Shown: one piece after another, positions 13,600 to 21,600 of the stretch
Layout: the number at the start of each line of letters is the position of its first letter
How positions within the stretch are numbered: the stretch's first letter is position 1
Assembly (NCBI GenBank): GCA_021813435.1
Contig: JAKAKR010000013.1
Span: 67,494-91,493, forward strand
Direction of reading: 5' to 3'
Length of the DNA stretch: 24,000 bases
DNA from: Nanobdellota archaeon
Lineage (GTDB): Archaea > Nanobdellota > Nanobdellia > Woesearchaeales > UBA9642
Program-made: the position numbers and the translations under genes
Notes under the pieces: model-generated
The model's database searches: none
The model's input: the letters and a program-made list of their open reading frames with translations, nothing else
What the model was told of the DNA's origin: nothing

Positions 13600-14282
13600 G
13601 AGTCGTTCTTATCCATAATATGCGTTGTTTGTTGAGCAATTTTTCTTCCACCAACAATCGATCCTGCGGTGAGGATAATTGTCCACAAGAATCCTGCACC
13701 CAAACACACCGGCGTTCTCAATTCCTCAGGAAAATACGCATAATTGAGTGTCTGGATAACATTCCATGCAGTAAGTGTTCCAATCAGCGCTATCTTATAA
13801 TTTGCTCCGGGGATATTGTCGATATAGCGTTCTTTAAATTTATTCGTGAACGAGCGCCATCGCTCTTTACATGTTCCAGAATAATTCTTGAATATGCCTG
13901 CATAGTTTTTGAACAGTGCGGTAATCGAATAATCAGATTTTTCACCGACAGTATTATTGACAAAGAAATAACTGTTCATAATGTTCCCGAAAAGATTCGG
14001 GCCTAATGCAGATTTCAGAAAAGGGTTTGCAGAGATATACGCGCCCACTAATTCCCCGGACTGCATGACTGCATCAATAGACGCGCCATAGAACGGCGCA
14101 AGGATTGCAGTATACCGTAATTTCTTTGGATTTATTTTTTTATCGATCATGAGTTGGGAGATCATATCACTTGCAACAAAAGTGAACTCTGCAGTGATCA
14201 TAGAACCGATATGGGGATGTGCTTTCTGAAGCTGCATATACTGATTCCAGACATCTGTCACAAGATTGCTGATATCCATCAT
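13584..14282 (-). CDS. Mpv17/PMP22-family integral membrane protein
   Basis: The N-terminus VWNQYMQLQKAHPHIGSMITAEFTFVASDMISQL resembles human MPV17 as I recall it ([35 protein letters not shown]). The C-terminal WNVIQTLNYAYFPEELRTPVCLGAGFLWTIILT matches the family signature W-x3-Q-x2-N-(F/Y)-x2-(V/F)-P-x3-R-x10-W-x3-L with exact spacing. Start at ATGATG 14282; the longer track ORF extension is non-coding. Confidence 0.7.
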   Translation of the reverse strand: MMDISNLVTDVWNQYMQLQKAHPHIGSMITAEFTFVASDMISQLMIDKKINPKKLRYTAILAPFYGASIDAVMQSGELVGAYISANPFLKSALGPNLFGNIMNSYFFVNNTVGEKSDYSITALFKNYAGIFKNYSGTCKERWRSFTNKFKERYIDNIPGANYKIALIGTLTAWNVIQTLNYAYFPEELRTPVCLGAGFLWTIILTAGSIVGGRKIAQQTTHIMDKNDSYTSS

Positions 14283-14294
14283 ATATCTCTCAAA

Positions 14295-14325
14295 GTAGTA
14301 TTTAGCCGTAGTATTTAGCCGTAGC
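14295..14325. repeat. 13-bp tandem duplication gtagtatttagcc x2 plus a partial third copy
   Basis: Copies at 14295-14307 and 14308-14320, then gtagc at 14321-14325. The repeat spans the stop codon (14315-14317) of the MraZ-like gene and the 32-nt gap before the Mpv17-like gene. Confidence 0.8.
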
Positions 14326-14722
14326 TTTTTGGTATGAAATGCGGCTTGAAATAATCCGCAGTATCCAGCATCTTTTTTTTGTGCACGAGCAGAAAATTTC
14401 CGCAACCATGAACATACGCCGGATCTTGATCTTTCATATCGACCAATACACGATTTTGCGGGTCAAGTTTCCGTCGACTATACGACGGGAAGCTCGATTG
14501 TGGCACAAGTTCTTCAAATGCACATTCAGGGATGATGACAATGCCCCCGGTAAAAACACTATCCAAACTCGCATAAAAATAATCGGACTTATTTACCCGC
14601 GAAATAATCTTGAGTAAATCAGAAGGAATGCTTATTCTACCTTTGGAATCAGTGGAGTACTCTTTGATCCCTGTTAACGGCGCCGGGAATATATTTTTTT
14701 CTGATACATAAATATACATCAT
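14315..14722 (-). CDS. MraZ-like / SpoVT-AbrB double-motif DNA-binding protein
   Basis: STDSKGRISIPSDLLKII (D-x-KGR-x-x-x-P) and a second degenerate copy RKLDPQNRVLVDM, then VHGCGNFLLVHKK. This parallels the two DxxGR half-domains of MraZ. Start at ATGATG 14722, 19-28 nt from a TATA box. The longer track ORF reaching 14908 would overlap rnhB and is rejected. Confidence 0.55.
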   Translation of the reverse strand: MMYIYVSEKNIFPAPLTGIKEYSTDSKGRISIPSDLLKIISRVNKSDYFYASLDSVFTGGIVIIPECAFEELVPQSSFPSYSRRKLDPQNRVLVDMKDQDPAYVHGCGNFLLVHKKKMLDTADYFKPHFIPKSYG

Positions 14723-14740
14723 TTTGTCACCACTCGCAGG

Positions 14741-14750
14741 TTTATAAATA
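14741..14750 (-). promoter_or_regulatory. TATA box for the MraZ-like / Mpv17-like gene pair
   Basis: tttataaata lies 19-28 nt upstream of the ATG at 14722. Confidence 0.55.
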
Positions 14751-14785
14751 TTACGCATTTTTACTGACGCAGGTTTCGTCGTAAA

Positions 14786-14795
14786 CTTTATTAAT
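14786..14795 (+). promoter_or_regulatory. TATA-like box for rnhB
   Basis: ctttattaat lies 21-30 nt upstream of the ATG at 14816. Confidence 0.5.
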
Positions 14796-14815
14796 GACCG
14801 TAATCGCCTGCATAC

Positions 14816-15493
14816 ATGGCATTCATTGCAGGAATTGATGAAGCAGGACGCGGACCACTTATCGGCCCATTGGTCATCTGTGTTGCCGCAATCAAGGAAG
14901 AATTGCATGAATCCCTGCGCGAACTCGGGGTCAAGGATTCAAAACTGCTTTCCGAAAAACAGCGCGAAGAAATCTATAAATTTCTTGAACACCAGGTTAG
15001 GTTCGAACTCCGGATTGTGCAGCCTTCTGAAATCGACGAAGCAGTGACTTCCAAGACCACAAACCTCAACTGGCTCGAGGCAGATATCGGATCTGATCTT
15101 CTCAATAAGCTTGATGTCAAATTGGATGGAGAGGTCTCCCGGGTCATTATCGACTGCCCATCCAACAATCCCAAGGCATACGAAGCGTATTTTAAGAAGC
15201 GCGTTGACAATGAAGAGATTGCATTCCAAGTCGAGCATAAGGCAGACCTGAACCATCTTATTGTCGGCGCAGCATCCATCATCGCTAAAGTGACGCGTGA
15301 AAAAGAGTTGGAAAAAATCAAGAGAAAACTGAAGATTGATTTCGGTTCAGGATACCCGGGCGATCCCAAGACCAAGGCATTTGTCCAAGAGTACCATGAC
15401 AACGCAAAATACCATCATCTCTTCCGCAAATCCTGGGCAACATATACCGCGATCAGCGAGCAGAAATTACAAAAGAGCCTTGGCGAATTCTAG
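14816..15493 (+). CDS. rnhB: Ribonuclease HII
   Basis: MAFIAGIDEAGRGPLIGPLVICV...DSKLLS...ASIIAKVTRE...GSGYPGDP are the canonical RNase HII motifs. Confidence 0.95.
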   Translation: MAFIAGIDEAGRGPLIGPLVICVAAIKEELHESLRELGVKDSKLLSEKQREEIYKFLEHQVRFELRIVQPSEIDEAVTSKTTNLNWLEADIGSDLLNKLDVKLDGEVSRVIIDCPSNNPKAYEAYFKKRVDNEEIAFQVEHKADLNHLIVGAASIIAKVTREKELEKIKRKLKIDFGSGYPGDPKTKAFVQEYHDNAKYHHLFRKSWATYTAISEQKLQKSLGEF

Positions 15494-15509
15494 GACATTT
15501 TTCGTTAAC

Positions 15510-15517
15510 TATATAAA
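15510..15517 (+). promoter_or_regulatory. TATA box for the PsiE-like gene
   Basis: tatataaa lies 22-29 nt upstream of the ATG at 15539. Confidence 0.55.
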
Positions 15518-15538
15518 GCACCATAAAAAATATGAGTT

Positions 15539-16060
15539 ATGGGTAAAAAAGAGGCGAACACTGTTTCTGAACCAGTTCCTGCACCAAATGTTCTTGACAG
15601 TAGACCTGCGTATTTCAAAGTCGAGGGTCCAAAACCGCAGATTACCCCGCTCGATAACCGGGAATCAAAATTCGTCAATACTGTCCTTCCTATCCTCAAA
15701 TCAGTCTCGAACGTCATCATTATCCTGCTCATTGTTGCGCTCGTGGTCACAATCGTCTACAAACTTTACGCCCTTTTCTTTGTGGATATGATGAGCGGCA
15801 ATTTCCAGAATGTCATCAATGATCTCCTGCTCACGATCATCCTTATCGAACTCTTCACCATCCTGTATTCATATCTCGTGAAGTATTATATCAAGGTCGA
15901 GCGTGTCATCGAGCTTGGGATCATATCCATCATCCGGGAGATGCTCTTTAAGATCCAGGAATTTGAGGCAAATAAGATCTATGCAGTCGCAGTCCTTCTG
16001 GTCTCATTCGGACTTCTCTTCTTTATTGAGAAATATTATTCCAAGTCAAGGAATGTATAG
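15539..16060 (+). CDS. PsiE-like (phosphate-starvation-inducible E family) membrane protein
   Basis: There are four hydrophobic segments. LLLTIILIELFTILYSY...IKVERVIELGIISIIREML resembles the PsiE family core (ELi..l......i....vl.v.l.AliRk.i). Confidence 0.6.
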   Translation: MGKKEANTVSEPVPAPNVLDSRPAYFKVEGPKPQITPLDNRESKFVNTVLPILKSVSNVIIILLIVALVVTIVYKLYALFFVDMMSGNFQNVINDLLLTIILIELFTILYSYLVKYYIKVERVIELGIISIIREMLFKIQEFEANKIYAVAVLLVSFGLLFFIEKYYSKSRNV

Positions 16061-16066
16061 AATAGT

Positions 16067-17122
16067 TTATTTATATAGTGCATCTATCACGTGTTTATCG
16101 CCCAAATCATAGCATATTGAACGGGTTTCCTTCCTGAAAAACCTTCCTGAATATTCTTTCAATCGTTCTTCTGATGAAATGCCAATATCTGCACATCCGT
16201 AAGTATGCATAAAATCCAGACTCGTACTTCCTGCCGTTAGAATAAATCGCTCATAATTACTATCGTTTTTATCGATACGAACGTTAATTTTTGAATTATC
16301 ATTATCTATTATGAATTTTTTCAAAGCATTTCGAATAGTATCACACTCGATAAATTGGTTATCGACATACCAATGAACATGCTCAGACGTAAGGCTCTCA
16401 GGATAATAATTTTTTTTACCATGAAATTTCCTGTCCTTAATCGTGACAAGAAATTTTGCTTTGTCAATGATGCGGTCAATATTTTTACTTGAAAGGATTA
16501 GTCCTTTTTGCGATGCCTCAAATACCTCAACATAACTTTCAGGACGTACGGACAGATTATCCATGAAATCAGGATGAGAGAATAACTTATTTACTCCTAA
16601 ATCAACATCCTGAGCAGTAAACCCTGAATAGTTCATTAAGTTGTTACGAGTTGAGTCATAGGTCGCATCATACACCATTGAAGAAATTGTTTCAAGATCA
16701 AACGATTCTCGAGGATCTTTTTTTATTGTTGATAATAATAGATACGCCGCACGCATTGTATCAATAAATGAATAGACATTATTACCAATAGCACCAATAT
16801 CAACATAACTATCACTCCATGCAAAAGGAGCAGATAACCTTTTTTGTTCATTAATGACACTTACACCAAAAGTTATAGCAGTTAAATCATCTGTTCGTGC
16901 ATCTCTGACATTAAATTTTATACCCCATTTCGGTATGCACCAGACAGTATATCCTTTTATAGTATCCAGCGAATACAGCGCATTCTGAAAACGATCGGTT
17001 TCTTCAGGCATAATTACAAAATCAGATTTGAGCTTTACTCGCTCGACTGATCCTCGTTTATTTTTTATTTCTACAGGTTTTACTTCATAAGGAACTTTTT
17101 GTAAATCACTGTTTTGTTTCAT
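16067..17122 (-). CDS. Hypothetical protein (351 aa), second gene of an AT-rich ORFan operon
   Basis: Long clean ORF with no family motif I can recognise. Its ATG at 17122 is preceded by GAGGT, which overlaps the upstream gene's TGA with a 6-nt spacer, indicating translational coupling. Confidence 0.7.
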   Translation of the reverse strand: MKQNSDLQKVPYEVKPVEIKNKRGSVERVKLKSDFVIMPEETDRFQNALYSLDTIKGYTVWCIPKWGIKFNVRDARTDDLTAITFGVSVINEQKRLSAPFAWSDSYVDIGAIGNNVYSFIDTMRAAYLLLSTIKKDPRESFDLETISSMVYDATYDSTRNNLMNYSGFTAQDVDLGVNKLFSHPDFMDNLSVRPESYVEVFEASQKGLILSSKNIDRIIDKAKFLVTIKDRKFHGKKNYYPESLTSEHVHWYVDNQFIECDTIRNALKKFIIDNDNSKINVRIDKNDSNYERFILTAGSTSLDFMHTYGCADIGISSEERLKEYSGRFFRKETRSICYDLGDKHVIDALYK

Positions 17123-17131
17123 CAGTTAACC

Positions 17132-17731
17132 TCATACTTGTTTTTCAGTAATTAATGGCATCAGATCGACTACGCTCGGATGACGCCATTCGCGATATGT
17201 TTCATAAAGCGAACGTTTTTCTGCAGGCTGCGGATTGACATCGATGTAAAATCGCATGCCTGTACTACTATTTTCTCCGTGGAGCCTAATTGTTGAGAAC
17301 AGTTGAGATAGTGCAGCATCAGTTTCTACGCGAAACTTTTTTTTATAATCCGCGAAAAGACGGGATAATGAATTCCACTGACACCCGCCAATGCCAGAAT
17401 ATATGCGTTTATCTTTCGAATCCGCATGAACAATAGTGACGGAATATTTCTTAAGGAATTTATCAGATAGTAATGTGTCAACAAGAGTAAAATCCTTGTT
17501 CAGTATTTCAAATTCAGCACAGGGCGCCTGCCCATAAGTGTTGATGTAATCTCCGAGATGAGCAACATATTGATGTGCAGAGATAAGATTGACGTTGTTC
17601 TTCGTCAAGTGACTCCCGATGTCGAGATATTCAAATAATGCGCGAGCACGTTGCCCAAATTGTTCATCTAAATGATAGTCTGACAATTCTTGCACTTGTT
17701 CCATAGTTTTTAACAGAATTGTTTTTTTCAT
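17132..17731 (-). CDS. Hypothetical protein (199 aa), first gene of an AT-rich ORFan operon
   Basis: The ATG at 17731 is preceded by the SD GGTGA at 7 nt (the track ORF begins at GTG 17740). No recognisable family. A loose PD-(D/E)xK-like pattern (FTLVD ... VTIVHADSK) is only a guess. Confidence 0.7.
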   Translation of the reverse strand: MKKTILLKTMEQVQELSDYHLDEQFGQRARALFEYLDIGSHLTKNNVNLISAHQYVAHLGDYINTYGQAPCAEFEILNKDFTLVDTLLSDKFLKKYSVTIVHADSKDKRIYSGIGGCQWNSLSRLFADYKKKFRVETDAALSQLFSTIRLHGENSSTGMRFYIDVNPQPAEKRSLYETYREWRHPSVVDLMPLITEKQV

Positions 17732-17789
17732 AATAATCACCTATTTACTCACTTAATAGTAGTACTGTAATGTTGTATTTAAATATTTG

Positions 17790-17807
17790 CAACCTTTTAT
17801 GAGGTTG
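17790..17807. promoter_or_regulatory. Palindrome CAACCT-N6-AGGTTG in the divergent ORFan-operon / TrmB intergenic region
   Basis: Perfect 6-bp arms read directly. It lies between the two divergent promoters and is a candidate TrmB operator. Confidence 0.45.
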
Positions 17808-17819
17808 TAAATAACAAAA

Positions 17820-17827
17820 TTTATATA
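17820..17827 (+). promoter_or_regulatory. TATA box for TrmB paralog 1
   Basis: tttatata lies 22-29 nt upstream of the ATG at 17849. Confidence 0.6.
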
Positions 17828-17848
17828 GAACACGATCACTCATAAAGT

Positions 17849-18583
17849 ATGGACCTGCAAGAACTCGGGCTTACAGCAAATGAATCCAAAGTGTATGAAA
17901 CACTTCTCAAATACGGCGCGCTTACCGCAGCAAATTGTGCAAAACAGTCCCAAGTGCCCTACGGCAGGATATATACCGTCCTGGATTCGCTTGAGCGCAA
18001 AGGACTCATCAAAATTCTCCCTGAACAGACTAAAAAATTTGTTCCCAGTGACCCCCAAGAACTCGACGAATTAATCACTAAGAAAAAGGATAGTCTTGAT
18101 GCGCTTAAACAAAAGATCAAAGCATACAAAACACTCTATCATGAGCGAAAACCTGAAGCAATACAGATAAGCTATGATCGGCATAACTTCCACAAACTGG
18201 TAGCTCAGATGAAAAAAGCAGAACATTACTCGTATAGCATCAAATATGCATTCGCAACAGATCCTGCATTCATGCGCGACGTTAAAGAACTCACTGCACA
18301 AAAGGTCGATTACCGCGCACTGGGGCGCATTGACAAAGAAACAGCACCCAGCGTCAAAAAATGGCACACCATAACAACCCATATCAGACATATCCCTAAC
18401 GAAGGGGTCGCAGTATCAATAATCGATGATGAAGAAATGCTCATCTCATGCATCACGACAAACACGATGATGCTTATCAAGGATAAACCGCTTATCAAAC
18501 TCATGAAAGAATTGTTCCTGCGCTATTATGAGACGCAACCAGAAATAACGCAGGACACCACTATGCACAAAAAACGACCATAA
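17849..18583 (+). CDS. TrmB-family transcriptional regulator (paralog 1)
   Basis: The N-terminal wHTH is LQELGLTANESKVYETLLKYGALTAANCAKQSQVPYGRIYTVLDSLERKGLI...PSDPQEL, followed by a coiled-coil linker and a C-terminal effector-like domain. Confidence 0.85.
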   Translation: MDLQELGLTANESKVYETLLKYGALTAANCAKQSQVPYGRIYTVLDSLERKGLIKILPEQTKKFVPSDPQELDELITKKKDSLDALKQKIKAYKTLYHERKPEAIQISYDRHNFHKLVAQMKKAEHYSYSIKYAFATDPAFMRDVKELTAQKVDYRALGRIDKETAPSVKKWHTITTHIRHIPNEGVAVSIIDDEEMLISCITTNTMMLIKDKPLIKLMKELFLRYYETQPEITQDTTMHKKRP

Positions 18584-18593
18584 AAAAACAATA

Positions 18594-18601
18594 TTTATAT
18601 A
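18594..18601 (+). promoter_or_regulatory. TATA box for smc
   Basis: tttatata lies about 40 nt upstream of the ATG at 18641. The GTG at 18611 is too close to be downstream of the transcription start. Confidence 0.55.
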
Positions 18602-18640
18602 TCAAATAGGGTGAAAACCACTGTTTTTAGGGTAGAGGAT

Positions 18641-21600
18641 ATGACTGAACGGATTACGCGAGTAACAAGATTGGAAATCAAGGGTTTCAAGTCCTTTGCA
18701 AACAAGACTGAATTATTGTTCGGGGATGGGTATAACTGTGTTCTTGGCCCGAACGGTTCTGGAAAGAGCAATGTCATGGATGCGCTCTGCTTTGTTTTAG
18801 GCAAGGGCTCAAGTAAGGAGATGCGTGCAGAAAAATCCTCGAATCTCATCTATAATGGTGGAAAGCTCAAGAATCCAGCAAAAGAGGGTGAAGTGAGCAT
18901 ATTCTTTGATAATACGCATAAAGTGTTTCCTGAGATCAAAGACGAGAGCCGGCGCAAGAAAAGTGACGAGCATAAGTATGATACAGAGATCAAGATCACG
19001 CGCCTCATCAAGGAGAACGGGCAATCAGTCTACAAGATCAATGACAAGACAAAGACGCGCCAGGAGATTTTGGACCTGCTTGCATTCGCAAAGGTCAATC
19101 CTGACGGGTATAATATTGTTCTTCAAGGCGAGATCATCAACCTGATTGAGATGTCTCCTCTTGAACGCCGGCAGATGCTTGAGCAGATTGCAGGACTCTC
19201 AGTCTATGAGGAGAAGAAAGAGAAGGCACTGCGTGAACTGCAGCGGGTTGAAGACAAGATGAATGAAGTTGAGATTATTCTTGCAGAGCGCAAGACCCAC
19301 CTCCAGGAACTCAAGCGTGACCGCGATCAGGCATTAAAATTCAAGGATCTCAATGATAAGATCAAGCGGAACAAGGCAACAATCCTTTCCCGCAAGATCG
19401 ATGTCAAAAGCAGGGAATTTGACGCACTCAAAAAAGAGATTGATGAAGGCAATGGCAAGATTGCAAAACTCAAAGAGCATATCACCAAGATCAAAGAGAC
19501 TATTGAGCAGCGCAAGCATGAGATTGACCGGATCAACAAGGAAATCGAACTTAAGGGAGAAAAGGACCAGGTCGAAATCCATAAAGAAGTTGAGCGATTG
19601 AAGATTGATCTTGCAGTCACAAGGCAGCGCATCACGAATATCGACGCAGAGCATACAAAAATTGATGAGCGTAAACAGCAATTGAACAATTCACTTGCGG
19701 ACATCACTGGTCGCATCGCAACGCTTCTTGCGCAGAAAAAAGATGCCGAAGGCGCGATGGCAACAAAGGAAAAGGAGTATGAGCAGATTGAGCAGAAGAT
19801 CAAGAAATTTCTTGAGAAGAATAATCTTGACAGTGTTGCTGCAATCGACAAGGAGATTGAACAGATTGACAAGGATGCAGAAATTATCAATGAAGAGATC
19901 CAGAAATTGCGTGAGGAGCAGCAGAATACCCTGCGTGAAAAAGACAAGCTTGAATTGCTCATCCAGAACATTGATGCAAGTATTGAGAATGTCTTAAAGC
20001 TTGAGAAGGAGAACAAGGAGCAGGTTGAATCCCTCAAGAACAAGAAGGATAATTTCAAGAAGATCACACTGGAATTGAATCAGGCGCTCTCAGAGAATTC
20101 ATCGCTTGCCGCACAGATTGAGAATGCGCGTACAAAGATCCTGAGCAGAAAAGAGGAATTGGTAAAGCTTAATGCAAAAAATTCCAGTTTGCGTGAGAGT
20201 GTTGCTGCAGGTGTTGCAGTCCAGCGCATCCTCGAACTCAGGGATAAGGGCGAGAAGAAGGGCATTTATGGATTGGTCTCAAGCTTAGGCAATGTCCCTG
20301 CAGAATATGCTCTTGCGCTCGAAGTTGCTGCAGGCGCAAAGATCCGCAGCATTGTCGTTGAGGATGATAAGGTCGCTGCAGAATGCATCAAGTATCTCAA
20401 GGATAATAAGCTTGGTGTTGCAACATTCCTTCCGCTCAATAAGATCAGGTCAGTTTCTATCAAGCCAGAACTCAAGAATCTTAAAAGCCCGGGGATTATG
20501 GGGCTTGCTATAAGCCTGGTCACGTATGATCCTCAATTCGAAAAATTATTCAGTTATGTGTTTGAGAATACTATTGTTGTTGATAGTGTTGAGACTGCGC
20601 GTAAGATCGGCATCGGCAATTATCGCATGGCAACACTCACGGGCGATCTTATGGAGACGAGCGGCGCAATGCAGGGCGGATTCCGGCAAAAGACTGCGGG
20701 CCTTGGATTCCAGGAAAAAGAGCTCAATGACACGATTGGGCGGCTCGAGCATGAAATCAGTGATGCAGACCGCGTGATTGCAAATCTTGAGCAGAAGCGC
20801 AGCGATAATGAAGAACTCATTGAGCGATTGCGTGGGCTCAAGTCAAATCTTGACGGCGAGATCATTGTGCTTGAACGCACACTCCATCTTGACTCGAATG
20901 ATCTTGATGTGAGTAAGAAGCAAAAGCTTGAACTCAAGAAGGATTTTGCGGCAATCGACAAAAGGCTTGATGCACTCATCAGCAAGACTTCTGAGAAGAA
21001 CCGCACGCTTGCACAGTTCAAGATCAAAAAGCAGCAATTGCGTGAAAAGATCAATGAGTTGCGCAATCCTGCACTCCTTGCAGAATTGAACGCGTTTGAG
21101 CAGAAGAAATCACAATTACGCGATGAGATCAATGCATTGCGCCTGGATTCCAAGAATAGCGATGGACAGATCACAACTGTCCTCAATCCGGAAAAGGACA
21201 ATATCACCAAGGTCTTAAAGCAGCAGGAAAAGGAGCGTTCTGCATTTGAGGATGAGAAGAATGCGCTCACGAAAAAGATCAAAGAGTCAGAGGCGTCATT
21301 GAAGGAGAAGGAGGCTGCAGAGGCAAAATTCTTTGCGCAATTCAAGGAATTGTTCAACAAGCGCAATAAATTATCTGAAGAAGTCACCCGTGCAGAGTCT
21401 GAAGTGTTTGCAAAAGAGGATGAATCGCGCAAGATCGAGCAGAAGGGCAATATTGTCTCGCTCCAGAGCGCAGAGATCCGCGCGCAACTTGCCGGCATGC
21501 AGGAAGAATTCAAGCAGTATGACGGAGTGGAGTTGTATACGGACAAGCCTGAATCCGACATCTTGAAAGAGATTGCACAATTCGAAAAACTCATCGGCGA

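Noticed and set aside
14723-14908. Long version of the MraZ-like ORF reaching 14908
   Set aside because: It would overlap the rnhB start by 93 nt and run through the shared promoter region. ATGATG at 14722 sits 19-28 nt from a TATA box, and the conserved sequence begins there.
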